Source of the DNA: Octopus vulgaris
Taxonomy: Eukaryota
Reading direction: 5' to 3'
Assembly: GCA_951406725.2 (NCBI GenBank)
Contig: OX597829.1
Span: 54,994,001-55,058,000, forward strand
Length of the DNA stretch: 64,000 nt
Below, piece after piece: positions 52,560-64,000 of the stretch. A model generated the notes under the pieces. The model was not told the DNA's origin and did not search any database. It worked only from the letters and a program-made list of their open reading frames with translations. The translations under genes were made by a program, and so were the position numbers. Position 1 is the first letter of the stretch. Each line of letters opens with the position of its first letter.

Positions 52560-55125
52560 TTCATCTTAATTCAAATAACATTTGGAAGAAATGAATGAAT
52601 TTATTTGGCAACCCAATATCTGAGGTGGTCAGAATGTGTAATTCAATAATTAAGCTTAAACTAGTTATAAAGAATATAACTGCTAATGCATCTCAGTCAG
52701 CACTGGCAGGTGAACAGAAGGACCACTATTATGAGACCTTTGTACATGCAACTCTCATAACAAATGGCAGTAACTGCACTACTACACCTGGAAATCTTAA
52801 TAGACATGTTGGAAGACAACAAGAGAATTTCTTTGGAGATTATGGTTGCAGTATGAGTAGTGAGGAAGGCTCCTGGTGTTCTGTGATGCAAGTTAATTGT
52901 CAGTCATATGACCACCTCTCAATCAAGTGAACAGATAGATTTTACTCGCACCAGATAAAGAGATAAACAGAAAGCTATAAATGCTGTGTCCTTTCTTGGT
53001 GAGAGATGTACTAAAGCAAAATTGATTAATGACTAATAGCTTTAACATAATTGCAAGATGAACTCAAAGACTAAAGGCAATTTAGAGAAGAAAAACATGA
53101 AAGTTGAAGGAGTCTTTAGCTGGTTGCAGTTCCTGAGAATTTCTCATTTGTGATTATGGTGGAAAAGAAGATATGGAGATGTATAAAATAGAAGAAATCT
53201 GGAAGTTTGTACATGATATCTTGCTAATAGACCAGACCTGTGAGTGGTGCAAGATCCTATTTAGACATAAAGGGACATGGTGGGAGAATAACACTGAAGA
53301 GGGAGCCATGAGAACTTAGAAACAGGCCTGGACAGACTGGAAGAAAACGGGCAGTAGAAAAAAATTTTATCAAATTGCAAGAAGAGTAACAAAATGTATA
53401 TGTACATAATAAGGAGTGAGGCAGACAGAGAGGAGTTGCACATGTTCTGTGATGTGAAGATCAGAACTGTATGGTGGTTTTGATTGCAAAGAAGTGTCTT
53501 GGTGGGAATGGAGATTTCATTGGGGAGCAATATATCAGAAGGGTAATGGCACACATGCTCATAGTGACACTGAAAAGGAAGAGGCACATAACTACTACTA
53601 TGAGAAGCTTTTGAATGTGAAAAAAGCTTGGGGGTAGAGAGAGAGAGAGAGAGAGGGGTGGGGGACAGACAGACAGGCAAGCAGTCAGAGAGAATATCTC
53701 AAGTAGACCCAGTAGAGGGACAAACCATCCAGGTTGTGACAATAGTTTCTAATTAAATAGGGCAGAAATTAGTCATTCAGGTAATACAAGATGTAATTTC
53801 CCGATTTTGCCAATGAATATCATAGCACCACCATTGCAAACTGCTTCAAGAGTAGACAATTTGTATTAGGATAGGAAATCACAGAAGCATCAAATTGTTG
53901 GACCAGGTTATAAAGGATATAAGATGTGTTATTACAATTGATTTAGAATAGGATTAAACTGGATGAGCTGTTGTTCAGTTTTGTTCCAAGTAGAATTATC
54001 GTTAATACCATTTTCAAAGGAAGATACCTGCAGGAAAAGTACTGGGCTCAGAGTAAGCTTTAGCATTCTCCAATCTGGTAAAGATCTTTGGTAGGGTTCT
54101 ACTTTCTGTGATCTGGTTGTTGCTAAGAAAGATAGTGGTGGTTGAATGTGTGAAGGCTAAACAAGTCATGTGAGATTCAACAATGAGTTCAGCAATGAAT
54201 CAAATATGTAGTTACAGGTCCATCAGGGCTCAGTGGTTCAGTTCTTAGCTTCCTCTTATTTATTGTAGGTCTCCAAGCTGTAACAAGGGTGATTTAGACT
54301 GGCTGCTAATGATCTAGATCCTCCAGCAAAATCAGTAGAAGAGCTAGAAAAAGATTTCCAGATATGGAAGCAACTCTGGAATTGAAGAGCCTTAAAGTAA
54401 ACTGAGGAAGGATTAAAAATTTAGTAAGAATAAAGCTAACGGGCACTTGCCATCATTAGGGGATGGCCATATTCACTATTCAAAAATGGCATAGGTATAA
54501 ATTCCATATGATATGAACAGTAGATGCTCAAAAAGTTAAGTGAAGCAGACCAATTGAGAAAATATATTTTGTATGCATCTGGTGCACAAGAGCAATGAAC
54601 TCTAAGTATTCTAGGAAATAGATTCTATCAAATGCCCAGGTGATTCCCTATTATTTAGGTGAACTAATTAGCGGTAATGGTGGATCTTCTGAAAGCACAG
54701 GAACAAGAGTAAGAACAGGTTAGAGAAAGGTCAAGAAGTCTTAACTCTTCTTACTTTTCCCTTTGAGTGAAAGGCAGATTTTATGATGCTTGTGTTTCAA
54801 GTATGATATTGCATGGTAGTGGACCACGGGTTTTGAATGCTGAAAATTCATGGAAGCAAAGTGGCTCAGTTCCTTTTGAGTGTTGGGCCTCTTGAAGGTA
54901 ATGACAGACTTTTGGAATTACATTGTGCTTGAGAAGAAGACCCATCAAACCAAGCAAAATTATAGTCATGGCAGATACTGGTGTCCACAAATGACACTCA
55001 TGCCGGTAGCATGTAAAAGCACTCATTACACTCTAGTTGATGCTAGGAAGGGCATCCAGCCATAGCCTGTCCAACCCATGTCAGCATGGACAATGGACAT
55101 TAAATGATGATGATGATGATGATGA
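52560..55125 (+). mobile_element. Heavily decayed, nearly full-length RTE LINE
   Basis: QKDHYYETF..GNLNRHVG (APE); HYYEKLLN; SIKLLDQV; YLQEKY; QVHQGSV; 3'UTR and (GAT)n tail. Confidence 0.75.
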
Positions 55126-55297
55126 TAACCATAAATTTCTCTATGATACTGACACCAATTTATTCAATTACAAAAAATAGTTTGCTACCCAATCCCAAAA
55201 GCAGCTACAATTAATTCACAAGGGAATTGTAGCTGCTTATGGAACGATGACAGAAAAACAGAAAACAACAAATGTGTGTATGTGTGTGTGTGTGTAT

Positions 55298-55406
55298 GTC
55301 ATTGTTCAGTTTTATTTCAAGATTTCTTGCCAATAGGGAAAGAGCCAGTTTCCAACCTAGATCCAAGGAATTTCAACATCAATAACAGGATATTTTTGTT
55401 TGTATG

Positions 55407-55440
<34 letters not shown>

Positions 55441-55980
55441 TGTATGTATGTATGTATGTATGTATGTATGTATGTATGTATATGTGCAGATTTGTATATT
55501 TTATATATGCATTCTCATGCAAATACTTGCATATCTAGATATACTCATATATATTTAAATGATAAACTTCTGGAAAGTTCTACAGATTTTTACTGTTCCA
55601 GTGATGGATTGGATCTGTAGCCTTCGAATTAGCTTTTTCCTTTCTAGTTTTAAGAAGCCTAATTTCTCAAGATTGGTATTTAGGCAGTGTGTTACATATC
55701 ACAGGGCCCCAATAATTACAGGTATAAACCTGAACTTATAATCTGGATAGAGTAACTGCAGATTTCTAAATAGTTCAGTGTAGGTTTTCTCTTTTTCACT
55801 GATCTTCAGCTTTATGTTAACATCCACTGAGCAGTTAACTTCTGCAACTGTGCACAGTTTCTCTTCTCTGTCCTAAATCATTATATCAGGTCTGTTGTGC
55901 TTATGTTTTATAGAAATTTTCACTGGGACATTCCACCAGTATTCCTTTTCATTATGAGTGGCTATGGCTTCTACCATACT
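55298..55980 (-). mobile_element. R4/Dong-clade non-LTR retrotransposon 3' end (RLE domain 55555-55977 plus 3'UTR)
   Basis: YWWNVPVK..KHNRPDIMI*DREEKLCTVAEV..EKEKTYTEL..IPVIIGAL*; AATAAA near the 3' end; microsatellite flanks. Confidence 0.85.
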
Positions 55981-56012
<32 letters not shown>

Positions 56013-56090
56013 TGTATGTATGTATGTATGTATGTATGTATGTATGTATGTATGTATGTATGTATGTATATATGTATGTATGTATGTATG

Positions 56091-56124
<34 letters not shown>

Positions 56125-56366
56125 TGTATGTATGTGTGTGTGTGTATGAAGTATATAAAGATACTGATAGAAGTTATTGTCTCCAGTTCAAATTCCTTCT
56201 TTCAATGCATGGCTGAGCAATGACCTTAGCTTGACTACTTGCACACACACACATGCACGCACGTGCACACACACACACACATACACTCACATGCTTATTG
56301 CCACGTCTAAATATCATTATTTCAGTGAGGCATTGAAAACTTTGGTCTTATTTTGCGAAAGGACAT

Positions 56367-56870
56367 TTTTTTTTTACTTCGATAAGTTTCCGCCGAAGTT
56401 AGCCCAGGCCATGTCTAACTTAATAGCCCCACCTGGAAGAGATACACAATCAGCTCTCGGGCACCATAGCCCATTCAAGTAGAGAGTTACTGTTTTCAGA
56501 GACATGTCTGAGTGTGGGTGGTTTGTCTGGTATTTGTTGGAGGTAATCATCGGGAGACCATTTGAATGCCATGAAGTCACTTTCCTCCTTTATATGAACT
56601 GGCATGATGTTGAAGAGAGCAGAGTCAACTGAGGTGAAATGGTTCTGTCGTAGTGTTGTGATACGACACAAACATGATTTCTGTAGTGAACGGATGGCAC
56701 GGGGGCCAAGCCTCGGGTGAATTTTAAAGATGATACCTATATCATTTGGGCAATGTTGATGGAATATTTTCCACATCATGAAGATGATATAGCGCTCATG
56801 GCGGCGTTGGAGGGAGTAAAGTCTGAGCTTTTTGAGTTAATCAAAAAAGTCAAGGCTTGTCATGTCATCT
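56367..56870 (-). mobile_element. CR1-group LINE 3' end (second family)
   Basis: LKKLRLYSLQRRHERYIIFMMWKI..LFNIMP..IPDKP..NSNSLLEW. Confidence 0.85.
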
Positions 56871-57729
56871 AGGGAGCTTCAAGTAAGGAATATGCTCCTA
56901 AAATTTAAATTTTAAATTTAGCTTTAATTATAAAATTGCATTTCTCAACTGCTAAAAGCATATTTTTCTGATTTAGAATTATTGCATATATGTTCAAATG
57001 ATTTACATTAAATCAGACTTTTTTCTTTCTTTTTTCAGTTTTGTCAAATACTTGAAATTACTATAGGGGAGTGGAACGAATGAGTAATTTCTGATTTCTT
57101 GTTATTTCCTTCCTACTTGTCTGAAACCATTACATTGCAAGTGTTACATCACCATTTTATACTTTTGCATCATCTTTAGGAATAAAAACTAGTCAGCAGA
57201 GTTGTTGATGTTGAAGTTGACAGAGTCCAAAACATAGCCAAGTGACAGATACTCTTGTTTTTTCAAGAAATTTTCCCTCAACTTTGAACCAGTTGTAATT
57301 GAAGTTGCTAATAAAATAACTGTATAATTTTTGGCATTTTAACAATTAATATTCTTTTCTCTGTTGAATTCCCACACTAAAGTCTAATTTGATCATTTTC
57401 AATTTTAAAAAATGACGTCTAAATTGGGGGGGAAATGAATAATGAATAATTTCGATAATTTCTCCTCTTTAACTTCATGCTGTGTAAATATATAAGGAAG
57501 AGACACTTCAGGAGATCATGGAGAAGCACCAGAGAATATTTTTAGATTTAACTGAGTTTCATTAATTTCATGTCATGTGCCATTTTTCCATGACCTCCTT
57601 TAATTTGACCTAAATATTTAAAATTTTTGTACATGGATATTGATATGTATGACTCTTTTATCAAATGTAATTCTGGAGAGTTAAAGAGGCAAATTTACTA
57701 ATTTTGTCCCAACTAAATTTTCTTTTATA

Positions 57730-57811
57730 TTCTCAAAGAGAACAGATATAATTTTCTCAAAGAGAACAGATATAATTTTCTCAAAGAGAACAGATATAAT
57801 TTTCTCAAAGA
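57730..57811. repeat. 24-bp tandem repeat, ~3.4 copies
   Basis: TTCTCAAAGAGAACAGATATAATT perfect units. Confidence 0.9.
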
Positions 57812-59063
57812 ATGGTCTGAAATGTTATTGTGTTTTTAATGCATTTAGAGATCATTTGCTTGGGTGATACAGTTTTTGTAAGGTAGTTAACATTTATAAA
57901 AAAAACCACAATAAATATTACTCATTGTACTCCACCACCCCGTACTGGAAACTGAAAAAGTGGACTTTCGGAATAGCTGTCCATTACAAGTTGGAATTTT
58001 CCTGTTTTTGTTGGAATGTTCTGTTCTTTTTTCATGCATTATAAAACAATGAAGGGAAGCATTTTTAAAACAAGAATTTAAAAAATGCATATCTTTTAAA
58101 TGTTTGTTCCCCCACCCCCATACATTGTGCCTTTTGAACAGCAACGACCACTAAAATGGTATATTTTTATTTACCGTAATTTTCTGTCATCTTATTGTAT
58201 TCTACATTCTGAAGTGTGTATCTATAAAGTGACATTTTCAGTGATTTATTTAAACTTTTTCTGCTAACTCATCAAATCCAATTACATGCCATACATGGGT
58301 TTTGAGATTTAAATTTGGTAATTTTCTAATATTTTAATTTTTGTATATGAGTCGCCCCCAAACTTGAAGTGCCCCAGACCCCCATAGTTTAAATCCAGTC
58401 CTGGCCATTAGTATATCTCTCTATGCTATTGCTGTCTCTCTCTTTGTGGTTGCAAGTAGATACTTGCCTCTCTTGAAAAATCCAAAAAAGCAGAAATCTG
58501 GATTTAGCAATGGTACCATGGCTGCTTGATGAGTTTCATTTGCCATTGATGTGCCTCTGCATTTTTTAGCATTATACATCTAAAAGACATGCTATTTCGA
58601 AATGTATACCACAGTTTATCAAGCTTTCACTGATGTATCTGCTTTAAGTATGCTAGACAGATTGTTATTTTGAACTAATACTGCTGCTGTTACTCATAAT
58701 AAATATATGTGTATATGTATGCATGTGGGGGGTGTTTTTAAAGTCTGGTACTTATTCTGTTGATCACTTTTACCAAAACACTGTTACAGAGGTATAAACA
58801 TGTCAACATTTGTCAACGGGGGCAAGGGGGCAGGGGTGCAAACAGACACACTCACAAACACACACGTAGTACATATATATAAGAAAATTAACTTGTTAGA
58901 AACTCTTTCAGTACGTGGCAACAAACATTACAGCTATATATATATATTTGTATGTATATAGAAAAAATATATACACATTTATATGTATGTATGTAAAAAA
59001 ATGCAAACTAAGCTTATGCACCACATAACTAGATGAGCTTAGAAGAAAAGTCGTAGTATTTAA

Positions 59064-59110
59064 TTATTATTATTATTATTATTATTATTGTTGTTGTTGT
59101 TGTTGTTGTT

Positions 59111-59163
<53 letters not shown>

Positions 59164-59203
59164 TATTATTATTGTTATTATCATCATCATCATCATCATC
59201 ATG

Positions 59204-59239
<36 letters not shown>

Positions 59240-59296
59240 GTTATTATCATCATCATCATCATCATCATCATGATTATTATTATCATTATCATCATT
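59064..59296. repeat. Compound trinucleotide microsatellite (ATT/GTT/ATC)
   Basis: Read directly from the sequence. Confidence 0.95.
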
Positions 59297-60071
59297 AAAA
59301 TATTGATATTACATTAATGCACCTATACATTTTAATTGGCAAATTTATCACATACCTCAAGTGTGTACCCTGGCACTTGCCACCATCTATATCTCTCTCT
59401 GCCCTTATTCAACCATCCCATTCATATTCTGATCCCTGTCCCTTGTGAGTATACTCAGCACTCTGCCACCATCTTCACACTCTCTCTCTCCTCCTGCACT
59501 TCACTCAGATTGGGTAACCATGTATCTCCTTTACGGCAGCACACCTGTTTCTGTCTTCATTCCTGATCTCTCCCTCTCTCCGGCTGGGCAACCTTGTACC
59601 TCCTCTACAGCAAGACACCTGCTTCTGTCTCACTATAAGCTTTCATCATCACCTCTTTCAATGCCCCCTCCCCTCTTAAAAGATCTTTGTCTTGCAGGTT
59701 ACATGGTGACCCTGTCAGTGCAGGTGCCACTTAAAATGCATCCAGTCCACACTGTAAAGTGGTTGGCATTTGGAAGGGCACCCAGGTGTAAAAACCTTGT
59801 CAAATCTGACCTGACTTGTGCTTGTGCCATGTAAAAAGCACTAAGTCCACCCTGCTGAGTGGTTGGTGTTAGGAAAGGCATCCAGCTGTAAAAATCCTTC
59901 CAAACAGTCACAGAAGTCTGGTACAGGATGCTGCTTGGCCAGCTCCTGTCAAACTGTCTTACCCTTGCCAGCATGGAAGGCAGATGTTAAACGATAATGA
60001 TGATGATGATATATACATATTTATGCATACATACATATATATGTGTGTGAGACTATATATATAGATATACA

Positions 60072-60590
60072 TAGGGTGTGATGGAAAAATTGTTGCCACT
60101 TCATATCTTTAATTGTGTGCATGCTCATTATTTGTTTTTGATTTTGTTCACTACAAAGTATAGTAGGATCAGTTGGGTACTGTCTATGAGAAAAACAGTA
60201 CCATAACGTACTTCACTCTGTCAGAAATTTGGAAATGACAGAGTGTACTGCTTGGCATTTGCACTGGAAACTCCAGTATGAACAGATGGTAAACACACAA
60301 AACAACCGTTGGCTTGCCATGTCCCCAAAACATGTACCGAATCCAGTCAACACACTCAACACAGAGGCCTACATCAGTTTCCTGGAGGAGGTAGTGCTGC
60401 CTTGGATTAGGAGGGTGGCTGCTGGAAGATCCTATGTCAGGCAACAGGACTCTGCACCATGCCACACAAGCAGGAGAAGCCAGTCATGGCTGTCAGACAG
60501 TTTTTGCAACCACATTACCCTTAACATTTGGAGCACAGTTGAGTGAGAGAGAAATGATGAACTGAAGGCAAGGATTATGGCAGCATAAGA
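60072..60590 (+). mobile_element. Tc1/mariner (maT-like) internally deleted element
   Basis: TAGGGTGTGATGGAAAAATTG TIR-like start; YISFLEEVVLPWI..YVRQQDSAPCHTSRRSQSWL; related to 47353. Confidence 0.8.
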
Positions 60591-60645
60591 GAGATTTTTT
60601 TCTCCACAGTAACTGCAGTGTATTTTGCCTTTTCAACTAACCCAT

Positions 60646-61225
60646 ATCATCATCATCATTTAACATCTGCTTTCCATGCTAGCATGGGTTGGATGATTTG
60701 ACTGAGGACTGGCGAACCAGATGGCTGCACCACGCTCCAATCTGATCTGGCAGAGTTTCTACAGCTGGATGCCCTTCTTAATGCCAACCACTCCAATAAT
60801 GTAGTGGATGCTTTTATGTGCCACTGGCACAAAGGCCAGTCTGGCAGTACTGGCAACGGCCACGCTCAAATAGTGTTTTTTACATGCCACCTGCACAGGA
60901 GTCAGTCCAGCGGCACTGGCAACGACCTCACTCAAATGTTTTGTCTACATGCCACTGGCACAAGTGCCATAAGGCAACGCAGGTAACAATCACGCTCAAA
61001 TGGTGCTTTTTATGTGCCACCACATGGAAGCCAGACAGCTGCTCTGGCAGTGATCCTGCTCGGATGGAGCTGTTAGCACTCCACAGGCACGGGTGCCAGT
61101 TATTGAATTCGAAATCAAACCAAATTCGGCTGGCACTCATGCCAACCTTCCTTCATTGGACACTAAACTCTGCTTGCGAAGACCTGTTGGGGCCAGTGAA
61201 ATTGAACCAAATTCGATTTCAAGAA
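60646..61225 (-). mobile_element. RTE 3'UTR copy
   Basis: Colinear with 5663-6160. Confidence 0.85.
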
Positions 61226-61237
61226 ACTATATATATA

Positions 61238-61740
61238 TCATCATCATCATCATCATCATCATTTAACGTCCGCTTTCCATGCTAGCATGGGTTGGACGGT
61301 TCAACTGGGGTCTGGGGAGCCCGAAGGCTGCACCAGGCCAGTCAGATCTGGCAGTGTTTCTACAGCTGGATGCCCTTCCTAACGCCAACCACTCCGAGAG
61401 TGTAGTGGGTGATTTTGTGTGCCACCGACACAGGTGCCAGACGAGGCTGGCGAACGGCCACGCCCGGATGGTGTTTTTTATGTCCCACCGACACAGGTGC
61501 CAGACGAGGCTGGCAGACGGCCACGCTTGGATGGTGTTTTTATGTGCCACCGACACAGGTGCCAGATGAGGCTGGTGAATGGCCACGATCGGATGGTGTT
61601 TGTTACGTGCCCACAGCACGGAGGCCAGTCGATGCGGTACTGGCTACGGCCACGTTCGGATGGTTTTCTTGTGTGCCACCGGCACTGGTACCACAAAGAT
61701 ACAAATTCCATTGATGTTCATCTATTTTGATTTGTTTTGA
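61238..61740 (-). mobile_element. RTE 3'UTR copy with ~62-bp tandem subunits
   Basis: Units begin at ~61419, 61482, 61544 and 61607. Confidence 0.85.
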
Positions 61741-62143
61741 TATGTATGTATATATGTATATGTGTGTATATCTAAAAAAAAAACATTAAAAGTCAGCTTG
61801 AATCTTGATTGCTTGCTTGCAATGTTACCCACCCAAACTGGTGCATAATGGGAAAATATTCTGAAAATAATTTAAACCTGAAAGGGAAGAAAATTTTACC
61901 TTTTGTTTAGATACAGTGACCTGACAACAAAAAAGTATGAATTGTTTTTTTACAGTAAATGTTTCTATTTTCACTATTGTTTAACACAATATTTTAATTA
62001 TTTAGAAATATTTTTTACTGAATATGATTTCAAAAATGTAAATTATTTGTACAGTAAGTATTTGTATTTTAGCTTTCTTTAAACAGACAATATTTTAATG
62101 TTTTTAAGGTTTTTTTCGAGTACATTCAACATTTCTCACCTCC

Positions 62144-62253
62144 AAAGATTTGGCTGCTATTTCTAGCGCACCCACGTAACAGCCATTTGCGATAAAGGAC
62201 CCGAAATACGTTATGTGGTAGCAGGGTGTGCAAGAAATAGCAGCCAAATCTTT
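62144..62253. repeat. Hairpin with 30-bp arms
   Basis: AAAGATTTGGCTGCTATTTCTAGCGCACCC versus GGGTGTGCAAGAAATAGCAGCCAAATCTTT (28/30 complementary). Confidence 0.85.
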
Positions 62254-62916
62254 CCTTTCTGGGGAAAGGAGGTGTTTACTCGTGATTTTGATGTCACTTT
62301 TGTTGAAAGCATGCGAAATAACCTGGAAAAGGAAAAAAAAACGCACGAAACAAAACTGTTGCTGGGAGACTTTCCCGTTGACCCAACAGATCATGGGTAG
62401 TCTAGTATAGAAATATATATATATATATGTCTTGCTCTGTCCCTCTGACTGGGTAACTATATATCTCCTCTACAGTAAGATACCTGTTTCTATCCCTCTA
62501 TCACGTTCTAATCTTTCATCACCTGGCACAAGGCCACCTCCTCCAATGCCCCTCCCCTTACAAAGGATCTATGTCGTGCACATTGTTTGTTGACCTCGCC
62601 AGTGTTGGTGTATCCAGTCTACACTGTAAAGTCCTTGGGTGTTTGGAAGGGCATCCAGCAGTAAAAACCATACCAAAACAGGCCCCACCAGTCCTGGTGC
62701 AATGTAAAAAGCACTCATTCCACTCTGTAAAGTGGTTGGTGTTATGAAGGGCCGTAAAAACCCTGCCAGAACAGACAGTGGATCCTAGCTCAGTCTTCTG
62801 CCTTACTAGCTCCTGACAAACTGTCCAACCCATGCTAGCATGGAAAACGGACATTAAATGATAATGACAATGGTATATATATATCAGGGGTGTATATTCC
62901 GGGTGTGCTGGTTTAT

Positions 62917-63055
62917 GGGGTTATCCAGGGTTTCCTGTCCATAAATGGTTTAGCTTTATGGCTTATCATCAGAGGTCTTAGGCCAACAGGCTTTGGGGTC
63001 TGACAATATACCATAAAGCTAAACCCTTTATGGACGGGAAACTCAGAATAATCCC
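62917..63055. repeat. Inverted pair of hammerhead-like Penelope termini
   Basis: Minus 62917-62976: CTGATGA..CCATAAA/TTTATGG..GAAAC. Plus 62995-63055: GGGGT-CTGACAA..GAAAC..ATCCC. Confidence 0.6.
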
Positions 63056-63139
63056 ATTTTTCGTATAAACTGCTCGACATCTTAGAGAGTGCTTCTCCTC
63101 TGGATTTATGTTTTCTACAAACGATATATATATATAAAT

Positions 63140-63290
63140 AACAGGCTTCCTTCTGTTTCCATCTACCAAATCCACTCCCAAGGCTTTGGTCAGGCCAAGG
63201 CTATAATAGAAGACACCCAAGATGCCATGCAGTGGGATTGAACCTAGAACCATGTGTCAAGAAAGCAAACTTCTAAATCACACAACTATC
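63140..63290 (-). mobile_element. SINE family A head
   Basis: Family match; similar heads at 11260, 26590, 28465, 44910, 46560 and 48298. Confidence 0.75.
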
Positions 63291-64000
63291 CTGACACTTT
63301 TTTTTCTTTTCACTGATGTCCATCTAATATCCATGTTTCTGTTTCAAAACAGCATAAACTCAGAATCGGCAAAAAATAAACATAAAGAAAGTGTTTTTGT
63401 TTTTTGTTTCTTTTTGTAAATTAGAAACTGATTATTGTTTGCCGATTTCCAAATGCCCTACTTTCTCTTTCTTTTTTCATATACAAATATATTTCGTATG
63501 CATTTGAAGTGTATAAATATATTTTGCCCGCATAAGAAAAACGTTGCATGCTTCTCTTTCCGAAAATTCAGAATTCTGCTGACCCTAACCCTTAGTTCCA
63601 ATTTATTGAGAATTAAAATGTAACCATAAATGCGAGCGAAATACATATTCTTCAAATGTAAATAAAATATATTTATATACACGAAAAAAGAAAAAATACT
63701 GTAGTTGTAAATCCCGTACCCTAATTAGTTTCTGATTTACATATATATATATAAAAAGATTTGTTAATTAAAAAGATATCTACAAATTTTGAATCTTTGT
63801 TGTATCCGAATGGGTTAATAAAACTACACTAAAACGAACTATCTCAAATCAAAATCAATATCGACGTAATCTACATGCATTCATGTTTATATATCAGTAT
63901 TTGTTCCTTATTCTTTCAATGGTCAGTGGTGGTTTTTCCGCGGACGTAAGTGGACAGTCATCATTTCCATGCCTCCTCCTCCCACTCGCTCTCTTTATCT

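Noticed and set aside
57150-58410. Possible hAT C-terminus and TAAATCCAGTCCTG terminal motif
   Set aside because: Similarity is weak and no matching second end was found.
59029-59295. Poly-Met/Ile ORF
   Set aside because: Trinucleotide microsatellite.
61400-61700. CRISPR-like repeat-spacer appearance
   Set aside because: Eukaryotic context, no cas genes, the spacers are homologous to each other, and the array is part of an RTE 3'UTR.
61899-61919. 21-nt minus-strand micro-exon candidate with AG/GT flanks
   Set aside because: Splice-like signals are common by chance in AT-rich DNA, and no partner exons were identified.

Overview
AT-rich, microsatellite-laden animal genomic DNA, most likely an octopus or other coleoid cephalopod (inferred from the SINE and RTE families). 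The window is almost all transposable-element debris. It holds a near full-length decayed hAT/BED transposon; many RTE-clade LINE pieces and their (GAT)n-tailed 3' ends; two CR1-group 3' ends; CRE-like and R4/Dong-like restriction-like-endonuclease fragments; Tc1/mariner and piggyBac relics; several tRNA-derived SINE families; Penelope-like RT/GIY-YIG fragments; and one 5.8S rRNA retro-fragment. No intact host protein-coding gene can be supported; a repeat-poor island at about 20.8-22.3 kb may be a promoter or first-exon region. The most notable signal is a set of at least 7 type I hammerhead-ribozyme-like motifs at Penelope-like termini. Several have very long stem II insertions or core variants, and many sit in inverted (fold-back) or direct-repeat arrangements. 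Also notable: a 5.8S-SINE chimera, a SINE/CR1 shared 3' tail, a twin-priming-like RTE inversion and a Dong-like element in (TATG)n. All calls were made by eye and boundaries are approximate.
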